Positions 52,432-58,071 of a stretch of DNA of 58,071 nucleotides are shown here, one piece after another. The DNA is from Minisyncoccota bacterium (GTDB lineage: Bacteria > Patescibacteriota > Minisyncoccia > Phycocordibacterales > UBA9973). The translations under genes were made by a program, and so were the position numbers. The DNA lies in NCBI GenBank assembly GCA_018061865.1, contig JAGOTH010000002.1, positions 1-58,071 on the forward strand. The letters are read 5' to 3'. Position 1 is the first letter of the stretch; each line of letters opens with the position of its first letter. The notes beneath the pieces were generated by a model, which saw nothing but the letters and a program-made list of their open reading frames with translations, was not told where the DNA came from and did no database searches.

Positions 52432-53706
52432 TTAATCAAAATAATTTTTAAGTTTTTGAATCTTTTCGTGGTTTCGAAGTTTATCATGAACCTTGGCTTC
52501 AATCTGTCGGATACGCTCACGAGTAACACCGAACTCTTGCCCAACTTCTTCAAGAGTATGTTGTACACCGTCAATTAATCCATAACGAAGCTCGAGAATT
52601 CTTCTCTCTTTTGGAGATAGCTCGTCTAAAACTTCTTTGAAATGATCCGCCAGAATTCTTCTAGAAACTTCTTGATCGGGTCGTAGAATCTTCTCATCAG
52701 CAATAAATTCACCAAGAGTAGATTTATCTTCATCGTCTCCGATTGGTTGTTCAAGGCTTCTTGTATCTTGATTGATTTGCTCAATAGTGTGGACCTTTTC
52801 AACTTCAATTCCCATCTCTGTTGCAATCTCCTCAGCAAGTGGTTCTCTTCCAAGGTCTTGTCCTAGTCGACGAACAACTTGTTTATATTTTGAAATTGTT
52901 TCCACCATGTGAACCGGAATTCTGATTGTTCTAGATTGATCAGCAAGCGCTCGAGTAATTGACTGTCGAATCCACCAAGTTGCATAAGTTGAGAACTTGT
53001 AACCCTTTGTCCAGTCAAATTTTTCAACTGCTTTGAAGAGTCCCAAGTTTCCTTCTTGAATCAAATCAAGAAGAGAAAGTCCTGAACTTCTTCCATCATA
53101 TTTCTTTGCAATAGACACCACAAGACGCAAGTTCGCACGAGCAAGAAGATTCTTTGCCTCTTCATCCCCCGCTTCAATTCTTTTGGCAAGCTCTCGCTCA
53201 TCTGCTCCAGAGATAAGTGGATATTGTCCGATTTCTTTTAAATAAATTTGAATTGAATCATGGTTTGTCTGAGTTACTCTTCCAGTTGTTGGAGCCTCGG
53301 CTAGTGAAGAGCTGTCCAGGTCTAGGAGGTTTCCTCCTTCTAGCACATCAATACCAGCCTGCTGAAGACGGTCATACAGCTCTTCGAGGAACAGAACATT
53401 TTGTTCAATATCAGGAAAAGTTTTTAGAATCTCGTCGTAAGTAACAAAACCCCTCTTTCTTCCTTTTGCAATAACCTCTTCTTTTCTTTTTTCTAAAATT
53501 TCAAGCTTTTTATCTTTTACCCCTTTTACTTTCTTTACAGGTTTTTTTGCAACTACTTTTTTGGCAACAATTTTTTTCTTTATAACCTTTTTAACAACCT
53601 TCTTTTTTGGAGTAGGTTTTTTCTTAGGAGCAGTTTTTTTGACTACCTTCTTTACGATTTTCTTTTTTGTTTTTGGTTTTGCTTTTACTTTCGCTTTTTT
53701 AGACAT
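52432..53706 (-). CDS. rpoD: RNA polymerase sigma factor RpoD
   Basis: Lys-rich N-terminus, region 2 [13 protein letters not shown], and region 4 [20 protein letters not shown]. Confidence 0.95.
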   Translation of the reverse strand: MSKKAKVKAKPKTKKKIVKKVVKKTAPKKKPTPKKKVVKKVIKKKIVAKKVVAKKPVKKVKGVKDKKLEILEKRKEEVIAKGRKRGFVTYDEILKTFPDIEQNVLFLEELYDRLQQAGIDVLEGGNLLDLDSSSLAEAPTTGRVTQTNHDSIQIYLKEIGQYPLISGADERELAKRIEAGDEEAKNLLARANLRLVVSIAKKYDGRSSGLSLLDLIQEGNLGLFKAVEKFDWTKGYKFSTYATWWIRQSITRALADQSRTIRIPVHMVETISKYKQVVRRLGQDLGREPLAEEIATEMGIEVEKVHTIEQINQDTRSLEQPIGDDEDKSTLGEFIADEKILRPDQEVSRRILADHFKEVLDELSPKERRILELRYGLIDGVQHTLEEVGQEFGVTRERIRQIEAKVHDKLRNHEKIQKLKNYFD

Positions 53707-53712
53707 AGATTT

Positions 53713-55428
53713 TTAAACTTTTACTGATAAGGTTTTTATTTCTCCGATTCTTTTTGTTAACTCTTGGCACTTTTTTAAAATTTCTTCTGCTTTCTTGGGA
53801 TCTCCGTTTTTTTCAGCTTCCTTCAGGTCATCCATTAAAAACTTTAACTTCTTTTCTATTTGAATCCTCTCAAGAGCAACCATCAAATCTTCAATCAAAT
53901 CTTTTATCTTAATGCTACTACCAAACATATTTTCTGCTCTGAGTGCCCTCTCTTCTATTTCTTTCTCTGTAAGCCTCTTTATCCTTGTATCTAGATCCTC
54001 TTCCGTCAAACCCTGAAACTTCTTATTCATCTCAGCTTTGTCGAAAGGAGGAGATTCTTTTCCGCTCCAAATCAAGTATATACCTTCAATCGCGTTTATT
54101 ATTCTATCTTCCTGAGAAACTGACACTTGCGGAACCTTGGAGGGCGAGAATTCTACATCTGTTTGATTTTCCAATTTTACCTTATCTACCTCTTCGCGAA
54201 CAGAGTTATCGTCAATTCCAAGCTCTCTTGCAACCTCCTTAATTGCCTCTGCTTGCTCAATCTTGTCTTCCATAACTTTTATTATTGGAAGAATTCTTTT
54301 CTTTACTTGCAGAGACCTTTCACTTTTGGGATATTTTTCTCTTATTTTATTTAATAGATATTCAATCCCCGTCTTTGATTTCTCTGTCATCAAAACCCAA
54401 ACATCAGCATTTTCTCTTATCTGATCCGCCGGATCTTTTCCGCTTTGGATTTCTATAACCTCACTTCTAACTTCAAGTGCATAAGAGATCATTAGGGCCC
54501 TTTCAAGCGCCTTTATTCCGGCATCATCAGAATCAAAACAAAATTGAACTTTGTCCGCGACTCTTCCTACAAGCATGATGTGTTCAGGTGTAAGAGCTGT
54601 TCCGCTCGTTGCTACAGTGTTTTTTGTTCCCGTTTGATGAGAAAGTACTACATCGAACTGACCTTCAACAACAATAACCTTTTTACTTTTCAAAATATCT
54701 CCCTTGGCCTTATCGTAACCATAAAGAATTTTTGATTTGTGAAAAACTTTTGTCTCCGGAGAGTTTAGATATTTTGGCGCTTCGCTGTCTTCTACTTGCC
54801 CAAATATTCTTCCAGAAAAACCAACAACGACTCCTTGAGTGTTTCTTATCGGGAAAATAATTCGTGATCTGAATCTGTCAAAATATTTTCCATTCTTTTC
54901 ATTTATCAACCCCGCCTCAATCATCTCTTTTTCATTATAGCCACGCGCTTTCAAGTGATCATATAGATTTCTCCATCCATCTGGAATAAATCCTATATTC
55001 CAATCTTTTATTGTCTCAGTCTGAACTCCACGATCCTTTATGTATGATAGAACTTTTTCATTTTTAGAAAGACAGTCTTCAAAAAAACTTTCTGCCTCTT
55101 TTAGAACTTCAAGAATTCTTGTGTCGTCCTTTTCTGTTTTTTGGAACTTTTTTATCTCAACTCCAGCCTTCTGTGCCAGAATAGTTAAAGCCTCTTTGAA
55201 AGGAATTCCCTCTACTTCTTCAATGAATGAAAAAATATCTCCTCCTTTGTTACAACCAAAACAGTGATATGTTCCCCTGTCTGGTGAGACAAAAAACGAA
55301 GCTGTTTTTTCATTGTGAAATGGACACTTGCCCTTGAAAGACGCCCCGGCACGATCGAGCTTAATATAGCCCGACACAACGTCTACAATCGATAGACGGT
55401 CTTTTATTTCTTGAACCGGGGAATTCAT
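53713..55428 (-). CDS. dnaG: DNA primase
   Basis: Zinc finger CPFHNEKTASF...CFGC, and Toprim VVEGQFDV...DSDDAG. Confidence 0.95.
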   Translation of the reverse strand: MNSPVQEIKDRLSIVDVVSGYIKLDRAGASFKGKCPFHNEKTASFFVSPDRGTYHCFGCNKGGDIFSFIEEVEGIPFKEALTILAQKAGVEIKKFQKTEKDDTRILEVLKEAESFFEDCLSKNEKVLSYIKDRGVQTETIKDWNIGFIPDGWRNLYDHLKARGYNEKEMIEAGLINEKNGKYFDRFRSRIIFPIRNTQGVVVGFSGRIFGQVEDSEAPKYLNSPETKVFHKSKILYGYDKAKGDILKSKKVIVVEGQFDVVLSHQTGTKNTVATSGTALTPEHIMLVGRVADKVQFCFDSDDAGIKALERALMISYALEVRSEVIEIQSGKDPADQIRENADVWVLMTEKSKTGIEYLLNKIREKYPKSERSLQVKKRILPIIKVMEDKIEQAEAIKEVARELGIDDNSVREEVDKVKLENQTDVEFSPSKVPQVSVSQEDRIINAIEGIYLIWSGKESPPFDKAEMNKKFQGLTEEDLDTRIKRLTEKEIEERALRAENMFGSSIKIKDLIEDLMVALERIQIEKKLKFLMDDLKEAEKNGDPKKAEEILKKCQELTKRIGEIKTLSVKV

Positions 55429-55438
55429 AATTTATATT

Positions 55439-58071
55439 TTATTGTTCTATGATTTCTTCTTTGTCGCGTCCGCCTTTTCCGAATCCAGTTCCGGCTGGTA
55501 TTAGTCTTCCAACAATAACGTTTTCTTTTAATCCTCTTAAGTGATCAATTCCTCCTCGAACAGCGTTATCAATCAAAACCTTGTTTGTGTTTTGGAATGA
55601 AGCAGCTGACAAGAAGCTCTTTGAAGTAATAGAAACTTGAGTGATTCCGAGTAGATCTGTATCTCCTTTTGCTTCTTTTCCACCAATTTTTACAATTCTT
55701 TCGTTTTCTTCAATCAACTCTACTAGTTCTACTTTGTCTCCAACTGAGAAATCTGTATCTCCAGAATCTTTGATTATTCTTCGAGAGAACATTTGTCGAA
55801 CTATTATTTCGATGTGTTTCTTAGAAATTGGCGCGCTTTGTAGCTCGTAAACTTTCATGATTTCTCGAATAATATACTTTTCTGTTTCTTCTTTACCGGC
55901 ATATTTGTAGAGCTCACTCAAATCAGCAGAACCATCAGTGATGAGTTCTCCTTTTTTGAATTTGCTTCCAACTTTAACAATCGGTGCACGTCGAGCAGGA
56001 ACAGTGTATTCAATTTCTGCCTTCTTGCTTCCAGCTTCTCCGAGAACCTTTATGATTTTTTCTTTTCCATTAAGTTCAATTGAGATAACTTCACCATCTT
56101 CTTCAGCAATAACAGCTGGAACTTTTGGCGGTCTTCGGTCAAAGATTTCTTCAATTCTAGGCAAACCTTGTGTGATGTCGCTTCCGGCAACTCCTCCCAA
56201 GTGGAAAGTTCGTAGAGTCAACTGTGTTCCTGGTTCTCCAATCGCTTGAGCAGCAACGATTCCCACAGCTTCTCCCTTTGCTACTGGCTTGTTTCGAGCC
56301 AAGTCTAGTCCGTAACATTTCTGACAAACTCCGTGAACTGTTTTACAGGTTAGAGGTGAACGAACTTTTACAGATTTAACTCCTAGAGATTCTATTTTTA
56401 CAGCTTCTTCTTTTGTGATCAAGAAACCTCTCTTGTATAGAGTCTCTCCATTTTCATCTTTTATATCTTCAGCTACAACTCTTCCACGGATATTTTTTGA
56501 TAGAGGAATTTCAACTCCAAGAATATCTTCTCGTGTCATTGTAACAGCGTCTTTTGTTCCACAATCTTCTTCTGTAACAACTATGTCTTGTGCCACGTCC
56601 ACGAGTCTTCGTGTTAGGTATCCAGCTTGAGCAGTTTTTAGGGCTGAGTCAGCAAGACCTTTTCGGGCTCCGTGAGTTGTAATGAAGTATTGAATTGGAG
56701 AAAGTCCTTCTTTGAAAGATGGGATGATTGGGTATTCGATAACTTTTCCTGAAGGGTTAACGATGTTTCCTTTCATTCCAGCCATCTGAGTAAGAGAACC
56801 GAGAGATCCTCTAGCTCCAGATTTGATCATATCGTAGTAAGGACCGTGCTTTTCGATTTTATCTGGAAGCATTTTTTCGATTTCACCTCTTATTTTTTCC
56901 CAAGTCTCAATAAGTTTTTGGTATTTTTCTTCTTCAGAAATAAGTCCATCGTTGTATTGGTCCATGATAACCGCTTGTTCTTTCATTCCTTTTTCGATGA
57001 AAGCAGTTTTTTCCGCTGGAACAATAACGTTGTCTATTCCCCATGTAATTCCTGAACGAGTTGAATAGTGATATCCAAATTCTTTTATCTTGTCTAGAAT
57101 TTTCGGCATGTTTTCAAATCCATAGTGCATTATAAGCTCATCAATAAGAGCCATAACTCTCTTTGTGTTTATTTCATCGTTAACATATTCGAAGTCATCA
57201 GGAAGAACTGTGTTAAACAAAAGTCTTCCAACTGATGTCTCAAATAATTCTCCTCCGAATTTTTCATATTTCTTTTTGTCAGTTCCCACAACTTTAATTT
57301 TTGATTGCAAAGCAAGTTCTCCGTAGTCGTAAGCTAGCATGGCAGCGTTTGGAGAACCGAATACCATTCCTTCACCTTTTGCTCCTTCAATCAATTTTGT
57401 CATCCAAAAACATCCAACGATAATATCAAGTTTTGGGTTAACGATTGGATCTCCGTTAGCAGGTTTAAGTAGGTTTCCGGCTGCACTCATAAGAGTTTTA
57501 GCTTCGTTTTGAGCCTCATCAGAAAGAGGAACATAAACAGCCATTTGGTCTCCGTCGAAGTCTGCGTTGAAAGCGGTACAAACGAGAGGGTGAACTTGAA
57601 TAGCGTTTCCTTCAATTAGAACTGGGTGAAAAGCTTGTATTCCTAGACGGTGAAGAGTTGGCGCACGGTTTAGAAGAACATATTTTCCTTTGATTACTTC
57701 TTCTAGAATTGCCCAAACTTCTGGAATTCCTTCTTCTATAAGTCGGTTTGCTCCACGAATGTTGTAAGCCAACTCATTTTTTATAAGTTTAGAAATTATA
57801 AATGGTTTGAATAACTCAAGTGCCATGTGCTTTGGAAGACCGCAGTGATCGAGTTTTAGTTTTGGTCCCACAACGATAACGCTTCGTCCTGAGTAGTCAA
57901 CACGTTTTCCAAGAAGGTTTTGTCGGAATAGTCCTTGCTTGCTCTTTAGGTTATCAGCAAGAGATTTTAGAGCTCTCTTTTGCGCTTGGCTTGCATTTTG
58001 GTCTCCTTGTTTTGAAGAAGATCCATCAATCAAAGTATCAACCGCTTCTTGAAGAATTCTTTTTTCGTTTC
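55439..58071 (-). CDS. rpoC: DNA-directed RNA polymerase subunit beta', C-terminal ~875 aa (5' end beyond window)
   Basis: NADFDGD catalytic motif. The track start at 58033 is an internal TTG, and the frame stays open to 58071 (…[18 protein letters not shown]…). Confidence 0.97.
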   Translation of the reverse strand, partial: NEKRILQEAVDTLIDGSSSKQGDQNASQAQKRALKSLADNLKSKQGLFRQNLLGKRVDYSGRSVIVVGPKLKLDHCGLPKHMALELFKPFIISKLIKNELAYNIRGANRLIEEGIPEVWAILEEVIKGKYVLLNRAPTLHRLGIQAFHPVLIEGNAIQVHPLVCTAFNADFDGDQMAVYVPLSDEAQNEAKTLMSAAGNLLKPANGDPIVNPKLDIIVGCFWMTKLIEGAKGEGMVFGSPNAAMLAYDYGELALQSKIKVVGTDKKKYEKFGGELFETSVGRLLFNTVLPDDFEYVNDEINTKRVMALIDELIMHYGFENMPKILDKIKEFGYHYSTRSGITWGIDNVIVPAEKTAFIEKGMKEQAVIMDQYNDGLISEEEKYQKLIETWEKIRGEIEKMLPDKIEKHGPYYDMIKSGARGSLGSLTQMAGMKGNIVNPSGKVIEYPIIPSFKEGLSPIQYFITTHGARKGLADSALKTAQAGYLTRRLVDVAQDIVVTEEDCGTKDAVTMTREDILGVEIPLSKNIRGRVVAEDIKDENGETLYKRGFLITKEEAVKIESLGVKSVKVRSPLTCKTVHGVCQKCYGLDLARNKPVAKGEAVGIVAAQAIGEPGTQLTLRTFHLGGVAGSDITQGLPRIEEIFDRRPPKVPAVIAEEDGEVISIELNGKEKIIKVLGEAGSKKAEIEYTVPARRAPIVKVGSKFKKGELITDGSADLSELYKYAGKEETEKYIIREIMKVYELQSAPISKKHIEIIVRQMFSRRIIKDSGDTDFSVGDKVELVELIEENERIVKIGGKEAKGDTDLLGITQVSITSKSFLSAASFQNTNKVLIDNAVRGGIDHLRGLKENVIVGRLIPAGTGFGKGGRDKEEIIEQ

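Noticed and set aside
1-58071. Alternative genetic code (UGA recoding, as in some CPR lineages)
   Set aside because: All long housekeeping ORFs are intact under the standard code. tRNA-Trp has a normal CCA anticodon, and no gene appears split at UGA.
52432-58071. The rpoC-dnaG-rpoD arrangement as something unusual
   Set aside because: dnaG-rpoD is the conserved macromolecular-synthesis pair. Adjacency to rpoC is a plausible result of lineage-specific compaction, and nothing anomalous is visible in the junctions.

Overview
AT-rich bacterial chromosome segment. Its style is that of a reduced Candidate Phyla Radiation / Patescibacteria (Parcubacteria-like) genome: tightly packed housekeeping genes, a short IF-2, a 4-domain S1, weak or absent Shine-Dalgarno sequences, many tiny membrane proteins, an array of TrbC/VirB2-like pilins and a giant K/E-rich membrane protein. 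The lineage call is inference. Core genes recognised: dus (partial), ftsQ-like, serS, dprA, topA, rel, parB, miaA, rpmG (below the ORF-track size cutoff), clpB, cysteine desulfurase, infB, rbfA, gyrA, rpsA, rlmB, pth, lepB, hisS, def, fmt, hpf, pyk, an ABC-2 exporter, rpoD, dnaG and rpoC (partial). I folded eight tRNAs by hand: Leu-CAA, Trp, Tyr, Leu-TAG, Cys, Leu-TAA, Lys-CTT and Asn. No rRNA, CRISPR array, integrase or transposase was seen. The unusual content sits around the tRNA genes. (1) An islet at about 23.4-26.6 kb holds four tRNAs, an HNH endonuclease, two paralogous 120-nt units flanking a tandem-repeat protein gene, and a single-polypeptide Nudix + HEPN-like (RxxxxxH, AbiU2-style) fusion. 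That fusion is my best candidate for an undescribed defence/toxin module. (2) tRNA-Tyr and tRNA-Leu(TAG) are each preceded by an imperfect copy of their own 5' end, interrupted by an insert carrying a covarying hairpin followed by TGAAGT. The tRNA-Tyr locus also has a duplicated 3' end, inverted T-arm fragments and two perfect GNRA-tetraloop hairpins, which suggests an unannotated structured RNA or integration scars. Other points: five tandem pilin paralogs, a G6 frameshift in a zinc-ribbon gene, and an attenuator-like leader before rpsA. All functional calls rest on motifs read by eye. No database search was run.
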